A DNA stretch of 64,000 nt, from contig JAQBVF010000003.1 of assembly GCA_027623675.1 (NCBI GenBank), positions 91,846 to 155,845 of the forward strand. The letters run 5' to 3'. Positions within the stretch are counted from its first letter, which is position 1, and each line of letters opens with the position of its first letter. Origin of the DNA: Chloroflexota bacterium (lineage in GTDB: Bacteria > Chloroflexota > Dehalococcoidia > Lucifugimonadales > UBA3495). The notes under the pieces were generated by a model. The model was not told the DNA's origin. It ran no database searches and saw nothing but the letters and a program-made list of their open reading frames with translations. The position numbers were made by a program, and so were the translations under genes. Below are positions 11,588 to 21,085 of this stretch, one piece after another.

Positions 11588-12454
11588 ATGGCCGTGACCC
11601 GGCATGGAATCAATATGCCCTGGTTTTGGAGGCAACATAACGATGTTTCGTCGAGACAAAGAGCGGGTGGACCTCTTTGTGACGGTGAGGACCTCCCGGC
11701 ATTGGCTCTCGAAGTGCCCGTAGCTGATCCCCTACCCCCGGCCCGCCGAAGCGCCACCCGCCCCAGGGGAGGGGTGACGTGGGGCACCGGACAGATCATC
11801 GCCGGGATCTTCCTGGTCATGTTCTCTCTCTTTGGAGCGGCGGCGCTGGCCTCGCTTCTGGGCTCGCTGTATCCAGAGCAGAGAGATGCCGTGGCGACCT
11901 GGATCAGCGTTCACCTCACGGCCCTGGCGATCGTTGCCGTAGTTTGGGCCCTGGGGCTGCGTTACACCCGGTACCCCCTGGCGGTGCTCAAGCTCAGCCG
12001 GATAAAGGTCCCGAAGAAAAGCACTGTCTTTCTGATGGTTGGGGTCCTGGCCACCAGTTTGATCGCCACATCGATTTACGGCGGCGTCGTTTCCTGGTTG
12101 GGGTGGGACCTGCTCACCCCGCCGGAGCTGAAATCCGACATAGTCTTCAATGGCCCGGCGGTCCTGCTCTCATTCCAGGCCCTGGCATTCATTACGCCCC
12201 TCAGCGAGGAGATATTCTTTCGCGGGTTCGTCTTTGGCGGCTTGTTGGCCCGGTTTGGGCCGTGGCCGGCCATGGTGATCAGTGGGCTGATCTTCAGTGC
12301 CTTTCATCTGTCCCTGGGCGTGGCCGTTCCCATCTTCATCACCGGGTTCCTGCTGGCCTGGCTGTACTGGCGCACCGGCTCGCTTTGGGCGGCCATCGGG
12401 GCGCATGCTGGTCAGAACGCGCTGGCGCTGGGCGTCCAAGCCCTGTCCTCGTAG
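11588..12454 (+). CDS. CPBP (Abi/CAAX) family intramembrane glutamic endopeptidase
   Basis: EEIFFRG, FSAFH and HAGQN motifs; hydrophobic; start uncertain. Confidence 0.9.
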   Translation: MAVTRHGINMPWFWRQHNDVSSRQRAGGPLCDGEDLPALALEVPVADPLPPARRSATRPRGGVTWGTGQIIAGIFLVMFSLFGAAALASLLGSLYPEQRDAVATWISVHLTALAIVAVVWALGLRYTRYPLAVLKLSRIKVPKKSTVFLMVGVLATSLIATSIYGGVVSWLGWDLLTPPELKSDIVFNGPAVLLSFQALAFITPLSEEIFFRGFVFGGLLARFGPWPAMVISGLIFSAFHLSLGVAVPIFITGFLLAWLYWRTGSLWAAIGAHAGQNALALGVQALSS

Positions 12455-12576
12455 ATCTGTGGGGGTAGACACCGTGGGGGTAGTGCGTTAGATTTGCCTA
12501 TACCGCCAGTCACGCGTGTATCGCGGCGTAATGGTGCGTAAATCTCAGTTCAAGGCGTGGGCGAAGCTAGTATCCG

Positions 12577-13383
12577 ATGGGCGAAGCTAGAATCAGGCAG
12601 ATGTTTGATAAAGTCCGGGAGCAGAAGCGTCCCGGATTGATCGTGTTTCTGACCGCTGGGTTTCCCGACATGAAAGCCACGCTGGAACTGGTGCCGGCCC
12701 TGGTTGCGGCGGGGGCCGACATGGTTGAGTTGGGCGTGCCCTTCAGCGACCCCCTGGCGGAGGGGCCGGTTATCCAGGAGTCCAGCTTCCTGGCCCTGCA
12801 GAACGGCACCAGCCTGGAAGACTGCCTGAACGCCGTTGAAACCCTGCGCGATAAGGTCCCGGAAACGCCGTTGGTCTTGATGGGCTACTACAACCCCATC
12901 CACACCTACGGGCTGGTCCCGTTCACGGAGCGCTGCCGGCAGGTTGGCGTGGACGGGCTGATCGCCGTGGACCTGCCCGGATTCGAATCGGGCCCGCTGA
13001 TATCGGAGTGCCAGACACGTGACATATCGGTGATACCGCTGCTGGCGCCCACCAGCACCGATCGGAGCATCAAAGAAGCCTGTGCCGGCGCCAGCGGGTT
13101 CATTTACTGCATCAGCGTCACCGGAGTGACCGGCGCCCGCGACCAGGTGTCCGCCCGCGGCTTCGACCTGCTCGATCGGGTGAAGGCCCACACCGATCTT
13201 CCCCTGGCCGTGGGGTTCGGCATCTCGAACCGTGGCCATGTGGAAGAGGTGGGCAAGACAGCCGAAGCCGCCGTGGTGGGCAGCGCCATGATTCGGGTGA
13301 TGCTGGACTCGCCCAGAGATGAACTGGTGGAGCGGACCACCCGGTTCGTTGCCGGGCTGGCAGGGGTCTCGCTTCCCGCTTAA
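12577..13383 (+). CDS. trpA: Tryptophan synthase alpha chain
   Basis: ELGVPFSDPLAEGPVIQ, LMGYYNPI, GVTGAR and AVGFGIS. Confidence 0.97.
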   Translation: MGEARIRQMFDKVREQKRPGLIVFLTAGFPDMKATLELVPALVAAGADMVELGVPFSDPLAEGPVIQESSFLALQNGTSLEDCLNAVETLRDKVPETPLVLMGYYNPIHTYGLVPFTERCRQVGVDGLIAVDLPGFESGPLISECQTRDISVIPLLAPTSTDRSIKEACAGASGFIYCISVTGVTGARDQVSARGFDLLDRVKAHTDLPLAVGFGISNRGHVEEVGKTAEAAVVGSAMIRVMLDSPRDELVERTTRFVAGLAGVSLPA

Positions 13384-13501
13384 AAGAACAAATCAGAAGA
13401 GCCACGTCTTTTGCTGAATCTCGATAGAGATTCGGGAGAGATTCGGGCGTTCGACTGCCGGGAGACTCCCGGACCTCAGATTTTTAGGAGAATCTCATTC
13501 C

Positions 13502-13855
13502 ATGACAGCTTGCCGCGGAATAAGGGGCGCGACAACCGCCGACGCCAATACCGAGGAAGCCATACACAGGGCCACCACCGAACTGGTGCAGGAGCTGATC
13601 GACGTAAACGATTTGGAAGAGGACTCTCTGGCCGCGGTCTTCTTCACCATGACCCCAGACCTGGACGCCGGTTTCCCGGCCACCGCCGCCCGCAAGTTGG
13701 CCTGGGCCAACGCTCCGCTGATGGATATGACACAAGTGGTCGTGAAGGGCAGCTTGCCCCGTTGTATCAGGATACTTATACTGGTGAACACGGATAAACC
13801 GTCGAAAGACTTGGTGTACGTATACCAACGCGGGGCCAAGGACTTGCGCGCGTAG
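13502..13855 (+). CDS. aroH: Chorismate mutase, AroH class
   Basis: RGIRGATT, FTMTPDLDAGFPA, LPRCIR and GAKDLR. Confidence 0.95.
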   Translation: MTACRGIRGATTADANTEEAIHRATTELVQELIDVNDLEEDSLAAVFFTMTPDLDAGFPATAARKLAWANAPLMDMTQVVVKGSLPRCIRILILVNTDKPSKDLVYVYQRGAKDLRA

Positions 13856-14079
13856 CGGACCGGGCTATTTTGAGGCTACATGGCGCTGGACCGGCGGGTT
13901 TAGCGGGTTAATCAAAGCTAAAACAAACGAGTGGATGGGCCGCGGCGGGCGAGGCCGCAGGCTTCTGTGGGGAGTGTGGCATTCCGTTTCGGGTCCGTTG
14001 GTGCCCTAGATGAAACGGGAAACGATCGGACCCAATACCAATCGGCCATAAGGCCATGTACCAAAAGGTGAGTTCTAAG

Positions 14080-15102
14080 ATGATTGTCGTAATGGCGCGG
14101 GACACCTCCCCCGATGACTTGGAGAACATACGGGAGCGGATCGAAGCCCGTGGAATGAAAGCACAGATCAACCTGGGTATCGAACGGACGGTTGTCGGCG
14201 TAGTTGGGTCCATTCCCCCCGACTTCAAAGACGAGATGGAGCTGATGGCCGGGGTTGCCGAGGTCGTAATGATCTCCAAACCCTATAAGTTGGCCAGCAA
14301 AGAATTCCATCCCGACGACACGATAATCACCGTGGGTGACGCTGTGATCGGCGGACCGAAGCCCGTGATCATGGCCGGCCCCTGCTCGGTTGAGGACGAA
14401 GAGCAGATGGTCTCCACCGCCAAGGCCGTTAAGGCCGCCGGCGCCACGGTGCTGCGGGGCGGCGCCTTCAAGCCGAGGACCTCTCCCTACAGCTTCCGCG
14501 GCATGGGCGAAGACGGGCTGAAACTGCTTCAGTTAGCCAAGGAAGAAACCGGGCTGCCCATCATCACCGAGGTCATGTCCACTGCCGATGTTGAGACGGT
14601 GGCCAAATATGCCGACATCCTCCAGATCGGCGCGCGCAACATGCAGAACTACAGCCTCCTGGACGAGGTCGGCGTCGTCGGGAAGCCAGTCATGGTTAAG
14701 CGGGGCTTGGCTGCCTCATACGAAGAATGGTTGCTGGCCGCCGAATACGTGATGGCCGGCGGCAACGAGCAGGTGATTCTCTGCGAACGGGGCATCCGCG
14801 GCTTCGAAACCTTCACTCGGTTCACTCTGGACGTGGCTGCCGTGCCCGTGATCAAACGGCTCAGCCACCTTCCCATCGTGGCCGATCCCAGCCATAGCAC
14901 CGGCAAGTGGTACCTGGTAACTCCCGTGGCGCTGGCTTCCATTGCCGCCGGAGCCCACGGTCTGCTGATCGAGGTCCACCCCAACCCGGACATCGCCAAG
15001 TGCGACGGGCCCCAGTCGCTCACCTTCGAGAACTTTGACATGCTGATGGAGCAGGTCAACGCGGTCGCTTCGGTGATGAAACAGCCGGTGGTCGCTAGCT
15101 AG
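14080..15102 (+). CDS. aroF: DAHP synthase (class I-beta, N-terminal regulatory domain)
   Basis: AGPCSVE, RGGAFKPRTSPYSF, QIGARNMQN, LCERGIR and DPSH. Confidence 0.95.
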   Translation: MIVVMARDTSPDDLENIRERIEARGMKAQINLGIERTVVGVVGSIPPDFKDEMELMAGVAEVVMISKPYKLASKEFHPDDTIITVGDAVIGGPKPVIMAGPCSVEDEEQMVSTAKAVKAAGATVLRGGAFKPRTSPYSFRGMGEDGLKLLQLAKEETGLPIITEVMSTADVETVAKYADILQIGARNMQNYSLLDEVGVVGKPVMVKRGLAASYEEWLLAAEYVMAGGNEQVILCERGIRGFETFTRFTLDVAAVPVIKRLSHLPIVADPSHSTGKWYLVTPVALASIAAGAHGLLIEVHPNPDIAKCDGPQSLTFENFDMLMEQVNAVASVMKQPVVAS

Positions 15103-15138
15103 CACGGCGATTCTAACGAAGGGCCCGGTTTACAGACC

Positions 15139-15170
15139 AAAGGGAGGGCGATCGCCCTCCCTTTTTTGTT
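15139..15170 (+). terminator. Intrinsic terminator after aroF
   Basis: AAAGGGAGGGCGATCGCCCTCCCTTTTTT perfect palindrome plus T-tract. Confidence 0.9.
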
Positions 15171-15257
15171 ACCCGAAAAATGACCGTCGGCCTAGTCTGT
15201 CGAGGCCGGACCGCACCGTACCAAGCTGTACCGGCGCCTTGAATTATTCCTTGCGCA

Positions 15258-15307
15258 AATAATGATAATATCAATGGATAAGTATTGACAGACACGATAT
15301 AATACTT
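15258..15307 (+). promoter_or_regulatory. AT-rich promoter/operator region of the hemerythrin-like pair
   Basis: TGGATA-17 bp-TATAAT (15275-15303); Fur-box-like AATAATGATAATATCAATG (15258-15276); AAGTATT-N14-AATACTT inverted repeat. Confidence 0.55.
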
Positions 15308-15417
15308 CAACGCAATAATTATTAACATTTCGAATGCAACCCGGCGAACAGAATCCCCAACGTGGCAACTATTAGCATGGCGGACCGACTCATGGATAGT
15401 AGATTGGGAGGACTTGC

Positions 15418-16062
15418 ATGACCGCGGAGATCACCACACTCGAGCATCCCATCGATGCGATGTTTCTGATTCACAAGGCCCTGCGCGGCGAGGCCAACCG
15501 CACCGTGGAGCAGGCCAAATGCCTTGAAACTGGGTGCAGTCTACAGCCCTTCAAGTTGGCGTTCACCGCCTGGGCAACCGCCATCATGTACCACGCCGAG
15601 AAGGAAGTCGGCGCCGGGATGTCCGAATCGATGGACCGGTCCCGCTGCAAGACGGCCCATGACCCCATCGAACGGGTCAAGTGGGCCCTCCTAGAGAAAG
15701 AAGACGAAGAATACTCCAGACTGCTCGAAGGCGTGATGGACGTCATGACTGTTCTGGAAACCGATATCGGCGCCACCAGCGTTATCACCCGCACCAAGCA
15801 GCATCTCTACGGCCAGGTACTCGCCCTGCGGGTCGCTCAGGACGACCACCTGGAGACCGAAGAAGCCATGATCCTTCCCCTGTTGCGCGATAACCTCACC
15901 CCAGAGAACCAGATGAAGGTCGTGGGCGCGTTGCTTATCGACAACGAAGCCGACGACAGGCTTTGGGTGATTAACTGGATGTCCCAAGACCTCACTCCCG
16001 GCGAGAACGAACTTCTAAAGGCTCTCGAGTCCCGCATCCACCAAGCCCATTCCATGGTCTAA
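15418..16062 (+). CDS. Hemerythrin-like (HHE cation-binding) domain protein
   Basis: IHKALR, YHAEKE and DHLETEE..ILP helical His/Glu pattern; GGGAGG RBS. Confidence 0.8.
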   Translation: MTAEITTLEHPIDAMFLIHKALRGEANRTVEQAKCLETGCSLQPFKLAFTAWATAIMYHAEKEVGAGMSESMDRSRCKTAHDPIERVKWALLEKEDEEYSRLLEGVMDVMTVLETDIGATSVITRTKQHLYGQVLALRVAQDDHLETEEAMILPLLRDNLTPENQMKVVGALLIDNEADDRLWVINWMSQDLTPGENELLKALESRIHQAHSMV

Positions 16063-16111
16063 CACTGCGCAGAACCAGACTGTTTCCCGCACTTAATATC
16101 TAGGTGAGGCG

Positions 16112-16843
16112 ATGTCTAAAGAAAACTTTACGCCCTTAGAACACCCCATCGACGTGATGCCGTTGATGCACAAGGCATTCCGGGCGGTGACCGGCCGGAC
16201 CGAGGCGCAGGCCGCCGAAGCCACAACTGTTGAGGATATTGCCCAGTTGAACGAGGCGTTCGGGTTCTGGGTGGAGCAGATCCGCTACCACGCGGCCGTG
16301 GAAGATGAACTTATGACCGGGCCGCTGAAGGGCGACGGGCCCGTCAGGGAATGCGTCCGAGACAACGAGGACGAGCACGCGGTGCTAGCCGGAAAAGCCG
16401 GCGAGTTGGCCCGATTTATCGCCATGGGTAATTCCGCCGGTGTGAAAGAGAGCGTTCGGGCGGCGGCGTTCACTCTGGAAGAAGAACAACACAAAGAACT
16501 GGAGGACCGTTTCCACGAGGTTGAAGACGCCCTCTGCAAGGTCCTGGGCGATAAGAAAGTAACCGCCCGCACCATCCGTCACATCCACAGCCGTGTTATG
16601 CGCGTCCGCATCCTGGAGTTGGACCACTTCGAGAACGAGGAAGCCTTCGTGTGTCCCCTGGTGCGCGACGAGATCGATGAAGCCGGCCAGCTCTACATCG
16701 TCCGCCGGTTGCTAATCGACGACTCGGCGAAAGACCCTCGCTGGGTCATCGACTGGGTGCACTCCGAATTGGACGAAGCCGACCAAGCCCTGCTAGAAGA
16801 CCTGGAGGCCCGCTTCCAAGCGGCTGTCGTTCAGCCCGCGTAA
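16112..16843 (+). CDS. Hemerythrin-like domain protein, paralog of the upstream gene
   Basis: MHKAFR, YHAAVED, DEH and DHFENEE..VCP; shares LEHPID and LLID...WVI with the upstream gene. Confidence 0.8.
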   Translation: MSKENFTPLEHPIDVMPLMHKAFRAVTGRTEAQAAEATTVEDIAQLNEAFGFWVEQIRYHAAVEDELMTGPLKGDGPVRECVRDNEDEHAVLAGKAGELARFIAMGNSAGVKESVRAAAFTLEEEQHKELEDRFHEVEDALCKVLGDKKVTARTIRHIHSRVMRVRILELDHFENEEAFVCPLVRDEIDEAGQLYIVRRLLIDDSAKDPRWVIDWVHSELDEADQALLEDLEARFQAAVVQPA

Positions 16844-16867
16844 GGCGACTCCGCCAGACTGAAGACT

Positions 16868-17202
16868 AAACATGAGTCACCCCAGAGATTCGTCATGGGC
16901 AGCGCGCTACCGGGCAGATGCCGTCATTGCGACTTTCGCCGAAATGGCGGCCGTGCGGAGCAACCACACTAGTCGCCTGGCATTCTGATCCTTCCGCAGA
17001 AGGAGAAGAATCTCTTTGCTTGACTTCAAGGTTGCTATCGTTCCGCGGAACCGGTAGTTGGTCTCCCATCAGCCACGAGATTCCTCGCTTCGCTCGGAAT
17101 GACCAAGGCGCTTGGAATGACCAAGGCGCTTGGAATGACCAAGACGGGCGGAATGACCAAGGCGGCGGCATCCACTCAGGAAACTCCGCGATGACTCATT
17201 TT
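16868..17202 (+). repeat. Composite REP/MITE-like intergenic element, copy 1
   Basis: Terminal IR ATGAGTCA...TGACTCAT, core GAGATTCCTCGCTTCGCTCGGAATGAC and tandem ~18-bp GGAATGACCAAG units; homologous to 21940-22250, 34055-34285 and 51058-51384. Confidence 0.9.
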
Positions 17203-17227
17203 AATTGTCTTCTGAAAAATCCTGGCG

Positions 17228-18310
17228 TTAGACCAGCACCGGCTCCGTATTCTTGACGTAAATCTGGAAGCGGTGGCGGGTGGTGTCGGCGATGATCACC
17301 CGGTTGTTCCGGCCCATCCTCACGGCGCACGGCGCCCAGAGCACCCTCTCCGGAGTGAAGTTGCGGATGCCGTTGCGCTGCCGGATCATGTCGGGGTTGG
17401 ACTTGAGCTTGGCGATGCCCATGTTGGACAGATGGCCGTCTCCCGTGAACTCGGTTATGAACCGGCCTTCCGGGGTCAGCACCTGCACCCGGTTGTTGAG
17501 CCAATCGGCAATGTAGATGTCGCCGTCCTGGTCCACACAGACGCCCGTAGGACGGTTGAACTGTCCCACCGGCGCATCGGTGTGGGTGATGCCGCCCTTC
17601 ACCCGGGCGTTGGTGCAGTCGCCGCCGGTGCCAGGCTGCCCGGCTGCGCCCGGCTGTCCGAAAGTCGCCAGCCACTTGCCGTCCGGGGTGAACGACTGGA
17701 CCCGGTCATTGCGCCAGTCGGCCACGAACACGTTGCCGTCTTTGTCCAGGCAGATGCCCCAAGGCAGGTTCAACTGGCCCTTCTCGGAGCCCGCCGAACC
17801 GAATTGCCCCAGATAATTTCCGTCCAGGTCAAACTTTTGCACCCGGTTGTTGCGGCTGTCCACGATGTACATGGTCTGGTCTTGGCTGATGGCGATCCCG
17901 GAGGGACGGTTAAGCTCGCCGTCGCCGGAGCCTTCGACACCCCAGTGGGAGATGTACTCGCCGTCTTGGTCGTACTTGGTAACCCGGTTCAGCCATTCGT
18001 CGGTGACGTAGACATTGGTGTCTTGGTCCAGGGCGATACCCACAGGCCAGATGAATTGGCCTTTGCCTTCACCGTAGGACCCGAAGGTGGAGATGTACTC
18101 TTCTCCCGTCTTGGCATCCAGCCGGAACACTGTCAGGCGGGTGCCGTCGGGCCGGTCTTCCCGTCCCCGGTTCACGATGTAGGCGATGTCGTCGGAGGTT
18201 ATGGCAAAGTCGATCGGGTAACGCACGCCGGCGCCGTTATGCTCCGCCCTGGCCGCGGTGGATTCGTAGGTGAATGTCCGGTCGTTGATGCCAAGAAATA
18301 CACTAGCCAT
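17228..18310 (-). CDS. NHL-repeat beta-propeller protein
   Basis: Repeated GxGxGQFxxPxGIAxDxDGxVYVxDxxNxRVQ units; no signal peptide. Confidence 0.92.
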   Translation of the reverse strand: MASVFLGINDRTFTYESTAARAEHNGAGVRYPIDFAITSDDIAYIVNRGREDRPDGTRLTVFRLDAKTGEEYISTFGSYGEGKGQFIWPVGIALDQDTNVYVTDEWLNRVTKYDQDGEYISHWGVEGSGDGELNRPSGIAISQDQTMYIVDSRNNRVQKFDLDGNYLGQFGSAGSEKGQLNLPWGICLDKDGNVFVADWRNDRVQSFTPDGKWLATFGQPGAAGQPGTGGDCTNARVKGGITHTDAPVGQFNRPTGVCVDQDGDIYIADWLNNRVQVLTPEGRFITEFTGDGHLSNMGIAKLKSNPDMIRQRNGIRNFTPERVLWAPCAVRMGRNNRVIIADTTRHRFQIYVKNTEPVLV

Positions 18311-18583
18311 CTACGGTCTCCTTTGCCCATGACCCTGGGCTCTGGGAATAGTGAGAGAAGTATAAAGCGCGCGGGAGGGCGCCGCGTAGTCCTTCAACTT
18401 GCCGTATATCTGCAACCGACGGTGTTGAGCGTCGGTCCCCATCAGACGCCCTGGTTGGCGGTATCGTACACCAATCCGGCCGGCGGTGAGAACCTGTGTT
18501 CAACGTGGCCCCCTCATGGCATCCGAAGTACCACTCCAACCTCCTGTAATAGTTGCGGGTGACGGCGGATATTGCCCACCCGG

Positions 18584-19366
18584 TTAAAGCCCCGCGTCCG
18601 CGGCCGATTTACGCATGGCCTCCAGGTAAACGTTACTCGAGGATTGGATCAGCGTCTGGACCGTGCCGTGGAAGTACTGGACGCCCAGGCCCATGAACTT
18701 GGGCACCAGGTTGTCTGGGCAGCTCACACCGGCGATCTTTCCCGCCTCCCGGATGATCTTAACCCCTCGCTCCATCACTTCCTGGACCTCGGGGTGGGTC
18801 TGCTGTCCCACGTAACCCATCGACTGGGACAGGTCGCCGGAGCCGATGAAGAAAACGTCCACGCCTTCGACCTCGACCATCTCCTCCAGGTTCTCGATGG
18901 CCTCTACCTCCTCCAGCATCAGGCAGACCAGGGTGTTTTCATTGGCCTCCGCCGCGTAGTCCCCGGTGGAGCCGGAAAAGCCGAACCCGGCGGGGCGGCT
19001 TCGGCTGAAGATGCCCCGGTTTCCCTGAGGGTAGTACTTGACGGCTTCAACGGCGTTCTGGGCTTCTTCGGCCGTGTTCACGTGGGGAACCTGCACTCCC
19101 CAGGCGCCCCGGTCGAGAAAGGGGCAGATGAATTCCAACTCGTTCCCGATGGGACGCACAATGGGCGCCATGCCGGTAAGCTCTGCCGCCCGAATCATGT
19201 TTTCTGCGTTTTCCACCGTTACATCACCGTGCTCGTTGTCGAGGAGTATCCAGTCATACCCGAGGCTGCCCAGCATCTCGACCATCGTGGCAGAGGGAAA
19301 GGTGAGCATGGTCCCAAACACTGCCTTTCCTTCATAAAGTTTCTTTTTCAGGGTATTTTGCCGCAT
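18584..19366 (-). CDS. HpcH/HpaI aldolase family protein
   Basis: GYDWILLDNEHG, LDRGAWGVQVP, YYPQGNRG and FIGSGDLS; start MRQNTLK after GGAG. Confidence 0.92.
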   Translation of the reverse strand: MRQNTLKKKLYEGKAVFGTMLTFPSATMVEMLGSLGYDWILLDNEHGDVTVENAENMIRAAELTGMAPIVRPIGNELEFICPFLDRGAWGVQVPHVNTAEEAQNAVEAVKYYPQGNRGIFSRSRPAGFGFSGSTGDYAAEANENTLVCLMLEEVEAIENLEEMVEVEGVDVFFIGSGDLSQSMGYVGQQTHPEVQEVMERGVKIIREAGKIAGVSCPDNLVPKFMGLGVQYFHGTVQTLIQSSSNVYLEAMRKSAADAGL

Positions 19367-19618
19367 CGAAAATCTCCTTTCGGTCTCGGATTCCAGTTGC
19401 GCCTGGATGTGACTGGAGTATACTACGCGGCACAACGCCGGGCGTCTGGCTGGTCCAAGTCGGAAATGGACCGCATTTCGGCCCGTGAAATCGGTTGATT
19501 GCGCCCCTCACCAGGCGTCGTTATAATGATGATTATACTGATTGATGATAATCTAAAAGAGTCACGGCGGCGCTTGCAAGAGTCTCGATTTCGCCCATTC
19601 TGATATTGGGAGTGCATC

Positions 19619-20200
19619 ATGTTTCCAGAAGTTACACTGGTACCGCCCACACGTGAGGATGTCCACCGGCTGAGCGGTTGGCTCAAAGACTCAGATGTGA
19701 GCGACGTGTGGTTCGGCGTTGGCAAGAACGGCAAGCCGTTGCACGCCACCTACAATCCGGATGACGTGCTTGCGGGCGGTCCCGAAGACTGGAACCAAGT
19801 CTTCAACGATGACAACAAGTCCATATTCTCGGTCTACGACGGCCATGGCCAACACATCGGGGAAGGGCAGTTGTTGATCGAATGGCCGCTGTTGGAGGCC
19901 CAAGCCCACCTCCTGATCGGCTGCAAAGACATGTGGCATAACCACTATGGGACCAGCGCTCTCATCGGGCTGCTGGACCACGCTTTCGGTCCGCTGGGTC
20001 TCCACCGCGTCTGGGTCGCTGTCCCCGAATACAACGAACCGGGCATGACTATGGTAAAACACCTGGGGTTCGTGCTGGAGGGGCGCCTGCGGAAGACCCA
20101 TCCCAAGAACGATGAGTGGTACGATTCTTCCATCCTGGGTCTGCTGGCTGAAGAATACCCCAGACGCCGAGCCAGGTTGACGGAAACGACGGTCGGCTAG
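19619..20200 (+). CDS. GNAT N-acetyltransferase, RimJ/RimL type
   Basis: YGTSAL..LLDHAF..LGLHRVW, N..GF..EGRLRK and WYD..ILGLL..EY. Confidence 0.85.
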   Translation: MFPEVTLVPPTREDVHRLSGWLKDSDVSDVWFGVGKNGKPLHATYNPDDVLAGGPEDWNQVFNDDNKSIFSVYDGHGQHIGEGQLLIEWPLLEAQAHLLIGCKDMWHNHYGTSALIGLLDHAFGPLGLHRVWVAVPEYNEPGMTMVKHLGFVLEGRLRKTHPKNDEWYDSSILGLLAEEYPRRRARLTETTVG

Positions 20201-20295
20201 CACGGGTCCTTCATCGGTGGGTCGAGGCCGTGGCATGCTTGGCCCGCGTTGCTTGAAAGCAATCACACTACCCAGGAAATTCGGAGGTACCCGAA

Positions 20296-20991
20296 ATGCC
20301 TGTAATCACGATTAACGGCCCGATCGGCTGCGGATCAGTGACCATTGGTCAGATGGTGGCCGAGCAGATGGGACTGAGTTTCGTCGACCGCCTGGTGTTC
20401 ACCGAAGCGTCGCGGATAATAGGCACTCCGGTGGGCACTCTCATCGCCAAGGAACAGCGCGTTGACCGGTTCCGGGACCGCTTGGGCCGGTTCGTTCAGA
20501 CCATGCTGGAGCGTTCGGCCATGTCCGGAGTTAGCGGCGAGCCATATTTTGGCCGGGGTATCGAAAACCTGCCTCCCGAGACGTATATGGACCTGACCGG
20601 TGAATCGGGAGTAGGCGGGAAGGTCGATGACAAGACGTTCATCGACGCCATGACCCAGGTTGTGACCGACATCCACAAAAAAGGCGACGCGGTCATCATC
20701 GGCCGCGGCGCCAACCAGATTCTGGCCGACGCCAGCCAAACGCTGCACGTTGGGCTGCTGGCTCCCCTGGAAGTGAGGGTCGAGACGCTGATGAGCCGGG
20801 AGCATTTCGAACGGGACGAGGCTGAGATTCACGTAATCGAGTTGGAACGTGCCAGAGAGGACTTTGTGAAAAAGTTCTGGAAGGTCCACCCCAACGACCC
20901 GCAGCATTACCACATGATTTTAAATATGGGCAAGATGAGCCCCAAAACAGCGGCGGAGGTCATCGTTCATGCTGCCGGTGATTTGCTTTAG
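20296..20991 (+). CDS. Cytidylate kinase-like family protein
   Basis: VITINGPIGCG, VIIGRGA, LAPLEVRV and DPQHYHMILN. Confidence 0.88.
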   Translation: MPVITINGPIGCGSVTIGQMVAEQMGLSFVDRLVFTEASRIIGTPVGTLIAKEQRVDRFRDRLGRFVQTMLERSAMSGVSGEPYFGRGIENLPPETYMDLTGESGVGGKVDDKTFIDAMTQVVTDIHKKGDAVIIGRGANQILADASQTLHVGLLAPLEVRVETLMSREHFERDEAEIHVIELERAREDFVKKFWKVHPNDPQHYHMILNMGKMSPKTAAEVIVHAAGDLL

Positions 20992-21022
20992 TGCCGGTGT
21001 TCCGTCCTAGGTTTGATCCGAT

Positions 21023-21057
21023 ACAAAAGGGAACGGATATCTTCCGTTCCCTTTTGT
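21023..21057. terminator. Intrinsic terminator
   Basis: ACAAAAGGGAACGGA-TATCT-TCCGTTCCCTTTTGT. Confidence 0.85.
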
Positions 21058-21085
21058 TCATCATGGCCCAAGGCCCGGTCATAGA

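Noticed and set aside
13856..14079. T-box or attenuator before aroF
   Set aside because: No T-box consensus, aromatic-rich leader peptide or U-tailed terminator is evident.
17096..17170. Tandem GGAATGACCAAGGCG units as a CRISPR array
   Set aside because: Period is only ~18 bp with no unique spacers and no cas genes; they are part of the dispersed repeat.
16893..17256. Short ORFs inside the repeat elements (also 21905-22408, 33683-34282, 51156-51359)
   Set aside because: Translations of repeat DNA (WSFQAP/NDQG periodicity); no transposase motifs.
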